Shown here: one piece after another, positions 21,014-31,180 of the stretch
Numbering within the stretch: position 1 is the first letter of the stretch
Layout of the letters: the number at the start of each line of letters is the position of its first letter
From: Waterburya sp.
GTDB taxonomy: Bacteria > Cyanobacteriota > Cyanobacteriia > Cyanobacteriales > Xenococcaceae
Reading direction: 5' to 3'
DNA length: 64,000 bases
NCBI GenBank assembly: GCA_965217895.1
Contig: CBDCJV010000002.1
Location: forward strand, 1,504,001 to 1,568,000
The notes under the pieces: model-generated
Database searches by the model: none
What the model saw: the letters and a program-made list of their open reading frames with translations, nothing else
Told to the model about the DNA's origin: nothing
Made by a program: the position numbers and the translations under genes

Positions 21014-21307
21014 GTGTCAAATTTATTTCTTTCATTGTTTCTTGCTGCTGCCATGAGCTTTGCTGCTCCAGTAATACTTATTGGCTGCACTTTAGGATTG
21101 CTAAACATAGTCGGCTATGTTCCTGGTTTTCTAGACCTTAGTGAGATCGGAAAATTTTATATTCTCAATTTCTTGGCTGTGTTTGGCAATGGTAGACCTT
21201 TACAGGGTGCTATCACCCTTGGTATTACCATTTGTATCGTTGGTATTTTATTAGATATTTTGAACTTCTATCGCTATCAAAGCATGAGAGATAAAGATTT
21301 TAGCTAA
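21014..21307 (+). CDS. Small hypothetical membrane protein
   Basis: Two hydrophobic helices; FLAVFGNG motif seen in cyanobacterial proteins. Confidence 0.7.
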   Translation: MSNLFLSLFLAAAMSFAAPVILIGCTLGLLNIVGYVPGFLDLSEIGKFYILNFLAVFGNGRPLQGAITLGITICIVGILLDILNFYRYQSMRDKDFS

Positions 21308-21394
21308 ATTACCTTTTAAAAAAGCGAAAATATTCATTTAATGCTAAAAAATGCTACAAACAATGTTTGTGTGTAGTTAAGCAAACAATTATCT

Positions 21395-22336
21395 ATGTCT
21401 GGTAGCGAATTAAAGGCAGATTTGTGGATCAATGAATATATAACCCCATGGGATATTTATACTCATGGAGTTACCAAGATTTTGGCATATCAAAAAACTC
21501 CCTTTCAGGAGATGTATATTGTCGAAACAGGAGCTTTTGGCAAAGGACTGGTTTTAGACGGCAAATGGCAATCCTGCACCGTTGATGAATTTATCTATCA
21601 TGAAGCATTGGTGCATCCTGGATTAATTGCTCACCAAAACCCTCGTAGTGTTTTAGTTCTCGGTGGTGGAGAAGGGGCAACAATTCGCGAAGTACTGCGT
21701 TGGCAAACCGTCGAGAAAGTAACGATGATTGATATTGATGGAGATGTAGTAGAAGCTTGCCAAAAACATCTTCCAGAAATGCACCAAAATGCTTTTGAAG
21801 ATCCTCGTGTAGAGTTAATTATCGCCGATGCGCTCAAGATTTTAGATACCACTACCCAAACCTGGGATATTATTATCTCCGATCTAAGCGATCCGATTGA
21901 ATCAGGTCCATCTTTTGCCCTGTTTACTAAAGAGTATTTTGCCAAACTCAAGCAAGTATTAAACCCTGGAGGATATGTAATGGTACAGGCAGGTCCCATA
22001 TCCCCGCCAGAAGTCCAGGATCATGCGCGTTTGGTTAACACTCTAAAAGCGGTGTTTGGTCAGGTAATTTCTCTATCTGCTCCTACTCCTTCCTATGGTC
22101 GCTCTTGGGGATTTGCTTTATGTTCAGATGAAGAAATCGATCTTAGACCACAGCCAGAATCAATAGATAAGCTATTGTCCGATCAAACCTCTGGAGGCTG
22201 CCGTTTTATTGATGGTACGACTCTTTTAGGCATCTTACAAACTCCGCTGTATATTCGCCAGGCTATAGCTACAGAAACTATTGTTTATACCCTGAGCGAA
22301 CCACCTAAGTTTTTTGGTACGGGAGCAATGGCATAA
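21395..22336 (+). CDS. speE: Polyamine aminopropyltransferase (spermidine synthase family)
   Basis: LVLDGKWQS..DEFIYHEALVH; VLVLGGGEGAT; IISDLSDP. Confidence 0.93.
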   Translation: MSGSELKADLWINEYITPWDIYTHGVTKILAYQKTPFQEMYIVETGAFGKGLVLDGKWQSCTVDEFIYHEALVHPGLIAHQNPRSVLVLGGGEGATIREVLRWQTVEKVTMIDIDGDVVEACQKHLPEMHQNAFEDPRVELIIADALKILDTTTQTWDIIISDLSDPIESGPSFALFTKEYFAKLKQVLNPGGYVMVQAGPISPPEVQDHARLVNTLKAVFGQVISLSAPTPSYGRSWGFALCSDEEIDLRPQPESIDKLLSDQTSGGCRFIDGTTLLGILQTPLYIRQAIATETIVYTLSEPPKFFGTGAMA

Positions 22337-22422
22337 CGTTCTCGCGCTTTGAGAGAATTTATTCTTTGTCTAACAAATTGGGGGAACTTTCCCCCAGAGC
22401 CAAGCTTAAGGCTGGTATGGTA

Positions 22423-22674
22423 TTAGTCTCTAGATGGAAAATTGGCAGCTATTTCCGAGTCGGGAAAAAACACAAACAATACTAAAGATGTTAAAGAAAA
22501 GGTCATCTGTTTGCTGTGGTATGCAGAGGCAAAATCTTTAGAAGTAAAAGATGTTGTCGATTGTTGCTGACGATCTTTTTTTGTTATGACATTAATGGCT
22601 AATAAAAAGCCGAGCATAAAAGAAAGCAGTAGGCTACAGATTAAAATTATCATTAGTCTCCTTGACAGACACAA
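22423..22674 (-). CDS. Hypothetical small protein with an N-terminal TM/signal segment
   Basis: ORF with a hydrophobic N-terminus; no recognisable family. Confidence 0.4.
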   Translation of the reverse strand: MCLSRRLMIILICSLLLSFMLGFLLAINVITKKDRQQQSTTSFTSKDFASAYHSKQMTFSLTSLVLFVFFPDSEIAANFPSRD

Positions 22675-22933
22675 TGCTTATTTAGCTTTATTAAACACAA
22701 GCTAACTAATAAAACAAGACTCTGCAATATTTATTAATAATTAAGGTTGATTGTAATAAAGCGCAATATTTATTTAATAATTTATTAGCACTACAGACTT
22801 GATTGAGAAAAGCCCAAAGTTATATCAGTATCAGCAAAATGGCAGCTTAATTATGCTTAATTAAACCAACAGCCAATTAATTTAAATCTCAGTTTTCAGC
22901 CCAAGATGATGACTATTTTAATTTTGGGTAGAA

Positions 22934-23581
22934 TTAAACGCTCGTAACTAAGTTTTGCTGATTTTTAATTAAGGTGACGAAATTAGAAAGAATTTGCAGC
23001 CCATTGTCTGATGATTTTTCAGGATGAAACTGTACTGCCATCAGATTATTACGAGCGATCGCAGCAGTTACCGTTTGCGAACCATGGGTTACCATTGCTG
23101 CATTCAAGCTTTTATTTACAGGATCGGCATAATAAGAATGCACAAAGTAAAGATAAGGATCTGTAGGTAAATTCTGCCACAGGGAAAGTTCAGGCTGAAT
23201 CAATTCCAGTTGATTCCAACCCATTTGGGGAATAGTAATACCTGGTTCGCTTTTAAAACGTCGAACTATTCCTGGAATAACGCCTAAGCCTAATTCTTGT
23301 CCTTCTTCTGAACGCTCAAAAAGGATTTGCATACCGACACAGATCCCCAAAAAAGGTTTGCCAGAGGCGATCGCTTTTTTAATCGGCATTTCTAATTTAC
23401 GCTCTCTGATATGCTGCATTGCCGGATCGAAAGCACCAACTCCAGGTAGGACAAACGCATCTGCATTCAATATATCTGCAAGAGAACTAGTAATTTTGGG
23501 AGTTGCCCCTGCTTTTTCTAAGCCTTTACAAGCAGAATGCAGATTCCCAATTTCGTAGTCAATGACTGCTACGTTAACCAT
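22934..23581 (-). CDS. hisH: Imidazole glycerol phosphate synthase, glutaminase subunit
   Basis: IDYEIGNL; LPGVGAF; LGICVGMQ; QFHPEKS. Confidence 0.97.
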   Translation of the reverse strand: MVNVAVIDYEIGNLHSACKGLEKAGATPKITSSLADILNADAFVLPGVGAFDPAMQHIRERKLEMPIKKAIASGKPFLGICVGMQILFERSEEGQELGLGVIPGIVRRFKSEPGITIPQMGWNQLELIQPELSLWQNLPTDPYLYFVHSYYADPVNKSLNAAMVTHGSQTVTAAIARNNLMAVQFHPEKSSDNGLQILSNFVTLIKNQQNLVTSV

Positions 23582-23718
23582 AATTAGCTTCCTTTAGGTT
23601 TGATTGCTCTTTATGTATCGTGACATATCTCCGTTATTAAATTGTAAATTTACAACTTAATTTTCGGATAGGGACTGCATGATTCTAAAATTAAGTATGG
23701 GCGCAAAAGCAAAATGAT

Positions 23719-24117
23719 ATGAAACCGACTTTTAAGAATATGCTGGCTTGGGAACAAGCTCAATTACTAATGCAGCCAGCAATGCTGCGGGTAGTGGATA
23801 ATATCCGTAAAGAATTAGAAGTCTCAGACTGGAAAGGCAAATATAAAGAAGTAACCGCACCTATTCCTGGTTATCATCTTTGCTTGACTCGCTCTAATTA
23901 CCAAGTTGAGATTGATGTCTGGGAACTTTGCTATAAGGTTTGTTTTCTAGAATATGAGCCTGTCGAACATCTTTTTAGCCAGGAGAATGAGGCTGCTTAT
24001 CCTGTTGAGGTGGACACAAGATTAATCGACGAATTGGGCGAGGTAGACTGGCAGTTGTTAGAGTCAAAGGCGCAGCAGTCAGTTAGAAAAGCCTTTAGTA
24101 CCTTACCTGAACATTGA
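23719..24117 (+). CDS. Conserved cyanobacterial hypothetical protein
   Basis: AWEQAQLLMQPA..RV.DNIRK.LE and WELCYKVCF motifs. Confidence 0.8.
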   Translation: MKPTFKNMLAWEQAQLLMQPAMLRVVDNIRKELEVSDWKGKYKEVTAPIPGYHLCLTRSNYQVEIDVWELCYKVCFLEYEPVEHLFSQENEAAYPVEVDTRLIDELGEVDWQLLESKAQQSVRKAFSTLPEH

Positions 24118-24143
24118 GCATTGAGCATTGAGCATTGAGCATT
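24112..24143 (+). repeat. Heptamer tandem repeat (CATTGAG)x4 plus a partial copy
   Basis: Four perfect copies starting at 24112. Confidence 0.9.
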
Positions 24144-24305
24144 GTAGGGTGGGCAGCAAAAGTTTATTGGTAGTATTAATAGATAAAATACAAAACTCTT
24201 TTTTGCCTTTTTTGCCCACCAATTAATTTAATAATCAGAGGTAGGGTGGGCAAACTAAAAACGAACCGTGTCAATATACTTTGAAACCAAATTTGCCCAC
24301 CTTAC
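24144..24305. repeat. Two tandem GTAG-type REP doublets (REPIN-like)
   Basis: GTAGGGTGGGCA(24144)...TGCCCACC(24213-24220) and GTAGGGTGGGCAAA(24241)...TTTGCCCACCTTAC(to 24305). Confidence 0.8.
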
Positions 24306-24358
24306 AAGTTGTTAGATTAGCAACCAGTTATCAAAAATTTTCGGATAATTTAATAAAT

Positions 24359-25399
24359 ATGATGAATTTAAGACAAGTTCAAGAAGCAGCAGGAGCAATT
24401 TTCGATAAATCAAGCGTTGCTCAAAGTTTTAATAATGAGAAGCAAGCTTTAGAAGCGATCGCTCATGGGGTGGCAATATGCGATCGCTCTAACTGGGGAC
24501 TATTAAAAATTACTGGGGACGATCGTCTGCGTTATCTTCACAACCAAAGTACCAACAATTTTGAAAAATTAAAGGCTGGAGAGAGTTGCAATACTGTATT
24601 TGTTACCTCTACCGCCCGCACCTTAGATTTAGCCAGTGCCTACGTCACTGAAGATGCAGTCTTAGTTTTAGTATCTCCTAATCGCCGAGAGCAATTATTA
24701 AACTGGCTCGATCGCTTTATTTTTCCTTTTGACAAAGTTGAATTGACAGATATTTCCACAGCATCAACGGTATTTAGTTTAGTTGGCGCAAAAAGTAAGG
24801 CTATCCTATCTCAACTTGTTACAGGGGAAATTCCCCAGGATAATTTAGGCAACCACAGTACGGTAACTATTGACAATGTTTCTATTAGAATTGCTGGGGG
24901 AAGCGGTTTGACGACTCCTGGCTATACTTTGATTTTAGATAACGATGACGCGGTTACGGTTTGGTCAAAATTAACTGAGGCGGGAGTAGTTCCTTTTGGC
25001 GATCGCCTATGGGAAAGTCTCAGGATTCAACAGGGTAGACCGATTCCAGACCGAGAATTGACCGAAGACTATAACCCTCTTGAGGCAGGACTTTGGCAGA
25101 CTATTTCCTTTGAAAAAGGCTGTTACATTGGACAAGAGACGATCGCCCGCTTAAATACCTACAAAGGGGTCAAACAGAGACTCTGGGGAATTAAGTTAGA
25201 CAAGGTTGTTAAACTTCAAACTCCAATTACCTTAGACGACAGCAAAGTCGGAATTTTAACTAGCTATACCGAAACTCCTACAGGTGCTTATGGTTTAGGC
25301 TATGTACGTACCAAGGCGGGAGGAGAAGGACTACAGGTACAGGTTGGAGATGCGATCGGCACTCTAGAAAGCGTACCCTTTATCCACCATGAAAATTAG
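24359..25399 (+). CDS. ygfZ: Folate-binding Fe-S/tRNA-modification protein YgfZ (start reassigned)
   Basis: KGCYIGQE signature; GcvT-like fold; the longer ORF start at 24281 lies inside a REP. Confidence 0.92.
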   Translation: MMNLRQVQEAAGAIFDKSSVAQSFNNEKQALEAIAHGVAICDRSNWGLLKITGDDRLRYLHNQSTNNFEKLKAGESCNTVFVTSTARTLDLASAYVTEDAVLVLVSPNRREQLLNWLDRFIFPFDKVELTDISTASTVFSLVGAKSKAILSQLVTGEIPQDNLGNHSTVTIDNVSIRIAGGSGLTTPGYTLILDNDDAVTVWSKLTEAGVVPFGDRLWESLRIQQGRPIPDRELTEDYNPLEAGLWQTISFEKGCYIGQETIARLNTYKGVKQRLWGIKLDKVVKLQTPITLDDSKVGILTSYTETPTGAYGLGYVRTKAGGEGLQVQVGDAIGTLESVPFIHHEN

Positions 25400-25649
25400 T
25401 AACTGATGTTATGTACTCATTGATCTGCTATGGCTGGGAAAAGGTTAAGGGGAAATGGAAAAAGGATTAATTGTTCTCTTTTCATTGCTCATTGAAATCA
25501 CTAGTTTTTCGTTATACTGCGTAATGTCAGTTAGTAAGTAGCAGATTAAATAGTTGCCGACTTTAGCCTTGATTTTTGCGATCGCCGTAGAACGATAGGG
25601 TTCAAAAAATAAGCGGGTTTTTCCTAAAGTTTCTCCCGTATTAAATTGT

Positions 25650-28412
25650 TTATCCAATTAATAAAGCCACGGAAAAGTTCTGTAAAATTTCGCCAACCGC
25701 TAGATTTTCGCCGACAATTGTTTGATGGTCGATTAGATTGTGCCAATTTTTGTGTGCCAACTTCAGGCTTGTATCTGACCATACTTCTACACCAAGAGGA
25801 AGTTGTCCTGGTTTGATAATTTCAGTTAAAAAACGAGGCGCGATCGCAACTATAGTTTTGTCTCCATGATTTCTGGCAAAAGCAACTAGATGGTTTTGGT
25901 ATTTTCCAGTAACTTCTATTGGTTGATAGTCGCCGTTTAAAAATATTTCTGAATATTCTTTTCTAGCCTGTAGTAATTGATGAGTTATAAAAAGTTTAAT
26001 TTTGCCGTTCTCTTTGGCTTCAATTAGTTCTTTAATTAATTGCAGAATATCTAGCTCAATTTTTGCTTTAATATCTTCTAAAAAGTTCATTCGCTGTTGA
26101 TAATCTACAGGACGACGATTATCAGGATCGACTAAACTTAATTCCCATAATTCTGCACCTTGATATAAATCTGGTACGCCTGGGGCAGTATTTTTTATTA
26201 ATACTTGAGCCAGAGAATTGTAAATCCCGTATTCAGCTATTCGTTTTTGGAAAGGTTGAAACTGTTGCCAAAAATCAGATTCTTTTGCTGCTAAAATGCG
26301 ATCAATAAAGCTAAAAAATGCTTGTTCGTATTCTTCATCGGGACGTAACCAAGCAGTATGAACTTTAGCTTCTCGCACTGCTTTTAAAATATAATCTTTA
26401 ATTCTATTAGGTAAGTCAGCTAAATCACCTTCTTCAAAAGGAAAAACACCTAACAGAGTTTGATAAAAGAAATATTCATCATTAGCATCGGGACTACCGT
26501 TTTGTTTATGGATTTGGTTAACTTCACGCCATTGATTGACTTGTTGTGACCACTCTTGAGGAATTTCCGAAAGCACATTTAAGCGGGCGCGTATATCTTC
26601 ACCTCGTTTTGTATCGTGGGTAGCAGTTGTATTCATTCCCTGCTGCCAATTTTTAACTTTATTCTGATTGAATTGATGAAACAAACTTAGCTCAATGCCG
26701 AAATGACTGGGGTTTCCTCCTACCTCATTTAATGATAGTAATCGGTTATAAACATATAAAAGTGTATCTTCAACTCCTTTCGCCATTAATGGTCCTGTTA
26801 ATTGTTGCGATCGCATTACAAAATGCAGCCATTCTTCTCGTTGAGTTTTACTGCGAAAATCTTCGTATTCTAAAAGCAATACTTTTTGAATAAAGTTAAA
26901 TTCGTTAATTAGTAAAGGAGCTTTTTTCTTAGCAGCTTTAATTGTTTCTCTAACATATTCTCGATCTACTTCAGTAACTCCACTTGCATCAATATAGGTT
27001 CGATAAACAGGGAAAAGCACTAATACCTGAAATAAAGCTTGTCTTAAACCATAAATAGTAAAGTCACTTCCTTCTCTTGTATGCGAAGAGATTTTTTTAA
27101 GAACTTGAGTTAAGTTTTCTAAGTCTCCACCTAGATTTTTTGATAAAATTAAGCCTTTTTTTTCGTAAACTAAGTCTTCATAGGTGGTTTTTAAACCAGT
27201 AAAAGTAGCATAAATATTGCTAAATTCTCGTTCATTTTCTGAGTTGCAAAATAGGCCATTCACATAGTTTAAAAATTCGTAACCACTCGTACCTTGAATT
27301 TGCCAATTTTGTGGTAAATCCTCGGTCAATTCGAGAATTTTTTCAACAGTAATATATGTGTCTCCTAACTTTTCTCTCAGCCTAGTTAAATATTCAGCAG
27401 GATTGTATAAACCATCTATATGATCGATACGCACCCCTGTAAATTTATTTTCGCTTACTAGTTGACTAATTAATTCGTGAGTTTTATTAAATACTTTTAA
27501 GTCTTCTACCTTGACAGAAATTAACTCATTAACTGTAAAAAATCGGCGATAATTAATTTCTTCTGCACCTACTTTCCAAGATGATAAACGATAAAATTGC
27601 TCAGAAAGTAAATTATCTAACAAATTAAAGCTCTCAGGATTATCGACTTCACCGTTAAATTCTTTAAGATTACTTTGAATGAATTTTTCTACTAAAGGAT
27701 TTTGATGATAAGTTTCCCAGATTAGACTTTTAATAAAATTTATTTGGTCATAACGCTCTTTTCCTTTTGTTTCCTCGGGAATATTTTTGAGTAAATATAA
27801 AATACCCAAAAACTTAATAAAATCTGGATGTTGGCGACCTATTTCTCTAGCTAACTTTCCTAAATTATGAGTAATAAAAGTTATATAAGACTCAATTCTA
27901 ACTGGTAATTTTAAGTCAAAATAATTAACTAATAAACCTTTCTCATTATAGTCAAGCTTAATTTCTCCTCTTTCTAAAGAATTACCATAAAAATCACCTA
28001 GCAAAGGAGCAAGTACCCGCTCATTCATTTCTTCATAAGGCTGATTCCAATTAATATCAAAAAAGTCAAACAATTCTGAATCTTTACCATTTTCTAAGAT
28101 ATCCATCAACCACAAATTTTGACTATCATAAGCCATGTGGTTAGGAACAATATCCTGTAACCATCCCATTTGATGCTGATGAATTTCGTCAATTAGTTTG
28201 TTAAAATCTGCTTTAGTTCCTAGTTCGGGATTGAGTATAGTTGGATCTACCACATCATAGCCATGAGTACTTCCTTTACTGGCTTGGAAAATAGGCGAAG
28301 CATAAAGATCGGAAATACCTAGATTAGCTAAATAATTAACAATTTCTTGGGCTTGCACAAAATTAAATTGGGAATAAAACTGAATTCTATAGGTGGCTGT
28401 CGGAATACGCAT
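25650..28412 (-). CDS. treY: Malto-oligosyltrehalose synthase
   Basis: PTATYRIQF; GSTHGYDVVDP; DIVPNHM; RIDHIDGL; THDTKRGED. Confidence 0.97.
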   Translation of the reverse strand: MRIPTATYRIQFYSQFNFVQAQEIVNYLANLGISDLYASPIFQASKGSTHGYDVVDPTILNPELGTKADFNKLIDEIHQHQMGWLQDIVPNHMAYDSQNLWLMDILENGKDSELFDFFDINWNQPYEEMNERVLAPLLGDFYGNSLERGEIKLDYNEKGLLVNYFDLKLPVRIESYITFITHNLGKLAREIGRQHPDFIKFLGILYLLKNIPEETKGKERYDQINFIKSLIWETYHQNPLVEKFIQSNLKEFNGEVDNPESFNLLDNLLSEQFYRLSSWKVGAEEINYRRFFTVNELISVKVEDLKVFNKTHELISQLVSENKFTGVRIDHIDGLYNPAEYLTRLREKLGDTYITVEKILELTEDLPQNWQIQGTSGYEFLNYVNGLFCNSENEREFSNIYATFTGLKTTYEDLVYEKKGLILSKNLGGDLENLTQVLKKISSHTREGSDFTIYGLRQALFQVLVLFPVYRTYIDASGVTEVDREYVRETIKAAKKKAPLLINEFNFIQKVLLLEYEDFRSKTQREEWLHFVMRSQQLTGPLMAKGVEDTLLYVYNRLLSLNEVGGNPSHFGIELSLFHQFNQNKVKNWQQGMNTTATHDTKRGEDIRARLNVLSEIPQEWSQQVNQWREVNQIHKQNGSPDANDEYFFYQTLLGVFPFEEGDLADLPNRIKDYILKAVREAKVHTAWLRPDEEYEQAFFSFIDRILAAKESDFWQQFQPFQKRIAEYGIYNSLAQVLIKNTAPGVPDLYQGAELWELSLVDPDNRRPVDYQQRMNFLEDIKAKIELDILQLIKELIEAKENGKIKLFITHQLLQARKEYSEIFLNGDYQPIEVTGKYQNHLVAFARNHGDKTIVAIAPRFLTEIIKPGQLPLGVEVWSDTSLKLAHKNWHNLIDHQTIVGENLAVGEILQNFSVALLIG

Positions 28413-28420
28413 AATAAAAA

Positions 28421-28552
28421 GTTAGTAGTTAGTAGTTAGTAGTTAGTAGCAAACGGTGAAACAGTGTGATTCTTGGCGGTTTTTATCGATAAAGGCGCAT
28501 AGTTAGCCACATATAGCAACTGCTGAACCCTTTAGGGCAGTTCGCCCGTACA
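28421..28552. repeat. (GTTAGTA)x4 heptamers plus a REP-like element split by an 81-bp insert
   Basis: GCAAACGG(28449-28456)[81 bp]CAGTTCGCCCGTACA(28538-28552); an intact version occurs at 63950-63974. Confidence 0.6.
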
Positions 28553-28565
28553 GTAGTTAGTTTTA

Positions 28566-30383
28566 TTATTGGTAAAGTACAAAACTATGAGGATTAATTG
28601 ATAATTGTTGTTTTTTTGAGTCAATTTGTTCTGGTAAATCTGAACCTGTTCCCAGCCATTGAGCTTCAGCAGAGTCTAAGATTTTTTGCCATTTTCCTTC
28701 GGGGAAAATATTTTCTAACTCAACATTTTGATCGTTAAAGTTAAGAATAGTAAATATCTGACTATTATCTTGCCAACGATGTAACAAAATAACCTTATCG
28801 TTTTCTCTAGCAGTAGCCGTTAAATTCTGTTTGTCAAGTTTTTTTAACGCAGGAATAGTTCGACGCAGGTTAATTAATTGCTGGTAAAGCTGCCATAGAA
28901 TTTTATGTTTACCTTCATTTCTTTGCTGCCAATGTAGTTTTGATATGTTGAAAGCTTCGACACTTTGAGGATCGATATAATCTCCCTCAAGATGAAAATC
29001 GGTAAATTCTTTTTTTCTCCCTTCTCTAACTGCTGCAACTAAATCTGGATCATTATGGCTGACAAAATAAAGAAAAGGAGATTCTTCCCCGTATTCCTGT
29101 CCCATAAATAATAATGGAATATAAGGAGACAACAATAAAGCACCCGCAGCTAATTTTGTCGCCTCAAAATCAATCAAGTCAGACAAACGTTCGCCTAACA
29201 TTCGATTGCCAATTTGATCGTGATTTTGAATGCAAACCACAAATTGATGTCCTGGGCGATCGCCTGGAGCATTACCGTGATATCGTTTACGAAACGGAGA
29301 ATATTCCCAGTCGTAAACAAAAGTATTCTGATAAGCTTTAGCTAGCTGTTCGCAAGTACCAAAATCAGCATAATATCCCCCCGACTCTTTGGTTAAGACT
29401 GTGCGGAGGGAATGATGAAAATCATCACTCCATTGAGCATCAATTCCGTAACCGCCTAATTCTTGCGGACGAATAACACGCACATCATTAAGATCGCTTT
29501 CAGCGATCAAATAAAACTTTCTACCTACTTGCTGGGAAAACTCTTCTACCCTTTGGGCCATCTCTTGCAGAATATGCTTTGCGCTTGAATCGTAAATAGC
29601 CTGAATTGCATCTAAGCGTAGTCCATCAATGTGATAATTTTCTAACCAATACAGAGCATTTTCAATAAAATAGTTTCGCGCACCGTAACTATAAGCATCA
29701 TCGAAATTAATTGCGTCTCCCCAGGGAGTCTGATAAGTTTCCGTGAAATAAGGAGCATGATGAGCAACATAGTTACCTTCGGGACCAAAATGATTGTAGA
29801 CTACGTCTAAAATTACCGCTATTCCCTGTTGGTGCGCTGCATCGACCAATTGCTTTAAATCCTCTGGTCTACCGTAAGAATTTTGCACCGCATAAGGATA
29901 TACCCCATCATAACCCCAATTGCGATCGCCAGAAAATTGAGCCACTGGCATAATTTCAATGGCATTGACTCCCAACTCCGCCAAGTCTGACAAACGAGTC
30001 ATAATTGCCTTAAAAGTTCCTTCAGGAGTAAAAGTGCCGACGTGAAGCTCGTAGATAATCATTTCTTCTAGGAGAATACCAGCCCACTCAGAATCTTGCC
30101 AATTGGTATTATTGTGAGCGATAATTTCTGATGCTTGATGAACTCCTTGGGGTTGAAAATGAGAAGCGGGGTCTGGTCTATCCGCTCCATCTTCAAGCTG
30201 ATAGTAGTAAAGCGTACCAGGCTCAATTTCGGCTTTAAGATACCAATAACCCTGTTCTTGCTTGGTCATTGGTAGCAACTCCTCTTTGGGAGAAACAAGA
30301 TGTACAGCTACTTTTTCTTTTAAAGGCGACCAAAGAGTAAACTCGCAAATACCATTACCCAGATATTGAGAACCAACTTTCAT
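28566..30383 (-). CDS. treZ: Malto-oligosyltrehalose trehalohydrolase
   Basis: YELHVGTFT; NWGYDGV; DVVYNHFGPEGNY; LRLDA; QNHDQIGNR. Confidence 0.97.
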   Translation of the reverse strand: MKVGSQYLGNGICEFTLWSPLKEKVAVHLVSPKEELLPMTKQEQGYWYLKAEIEPGTLYYYQLEDGADRPDPASHFQPQGVHQASEIIAHNNTNWQDSEWAGILLEEMIIYELHVGTFTPEGTFKAIMTRLSDLAELGVNAIEIMPVAQFSGDRNWGYDGVYPYAVQNSYGRPEDLKQLVDAAHQQGIAVILDVVYNHFGPEGNYVAHHAPYFTETYQTPWGDAINFDDAYSYGARNYFIENALYWLENYHIDGLRLDAIQAIYDSSAKHILQEMAQRVEEFSQQVGRKFYLIAESDLNDVRVIRPQELGGYGIDAQWSDDFHHSLRTVLTKESGGYYADFGTCEQLAKAYQNTFVYDWEYSPFRKRYHGNAPGDRPGHQFVVCIQNHDQIGNRMLGERLSDLIDFEATKLAAGALLLSPYIPLLFMGQEYGEESPFLYFVSHNDPDLVAAVREGRKKEFTDFHLEGDYIDPQSVEAFNISKLHWQQRNEGKHKILWQLYQQLINLRRTIPALKKLDKQNLTATARENDKVILLHRWQDNSQIFTILNFNDQNVELENIFPEGKWQKILDSAEAQWLGTGSDLPEQIDSKKQQLSINPHSFVLYQ

Positions 30384-30535
30384 ATTTATCTAGCTGCTAT
30401 TGTTTGTATCCCCGCTTGATTTTTACCATTATCTTATTCGCGATAGCTTCTATCTAAAGAAAGGTTTGTCGCTATTTTCAGGCGATCTTTTTACTATAGA
30501 TAGTTAGATAGCTAAATATCTGTTTGAGGGAAAAG

Positions 30536-31180
30536 ATGAGAATTCCAGGACAAACAATCAAACTACTTGATTATAGACAACAAAAGGCATCTGCTCCTTT
30601 TGTGCCAAACCTCCCTTTACTCTCAAGCACAGGTTGGGATAGTATTCACCTCGAATACCATCAACAGCCCAAATTTGAAACTACCAAACATCAACATACC
30701 ATGCACGTAATTGCTTATGGTATTTCTAACTCACCAGCACCAGGAGAGCGATCGCTCGATGGCAAAGTTAAAACAGAAAGGCGGAGTCAGGGGGATATCG
30801 CAATTATTCCTGCTGGTATTGCTCATTGCTGTAATTGGAACACTACCGCCGAGTTTGGTGTTTTGGCTATTGAACCTGTACTGTTGCAACAAGTCGGTCA
30901 AGATTTAGTAGATTGCGATCGCATTTCTCTCATTCCTCAGTATATGAACGAGCAAGACGAGCTAATACAGGGAATTTTCTCAACTTTAAAAGATGAGTTG
31001 AAGTTTGGCAAGATTGGTAGTAATTTATTGATTGATAGTCTCAAAACTACTTTAGCCATTCACTTATTACGAAAATATTGCTCTACAAAACCCAAACTTT
31101 TCAGCTATGAAGATGGCTTAGCGAAATCAAAGTTAAAAGAGATAACAGAGTATATCAATGCCAATCTTGATCGCCATTAG
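30536..31180 (+). pseudogene. AraC-family regulator truncated before its HTH domain
   Basis: Cyanobacterial AraC sensor domain; ends at GLAKSKLKEITEYINANLDRH*, where the double HTH would begin; no HTH found downstream. Confidence 0.8.

Noticed and set aside
23642..23655. Perfect palindrome TTGTAAATTTACAA between hisH and its divergent neighbour
   Set aside because: AT-rich, single occurrence and no regulator can be assigned; may be chance
24144..24305. Repeat-spacer pattern resembling a mini-CRISPR
   Set aside because: The units alternate in orientation and begin with GTAG, which is REP organisation
25445..25657. 70-aa ORF after treY as a third trehalose gene
   Set aside because: TTG start, no ribosome-binding site and no resemblance to TreS/TreH
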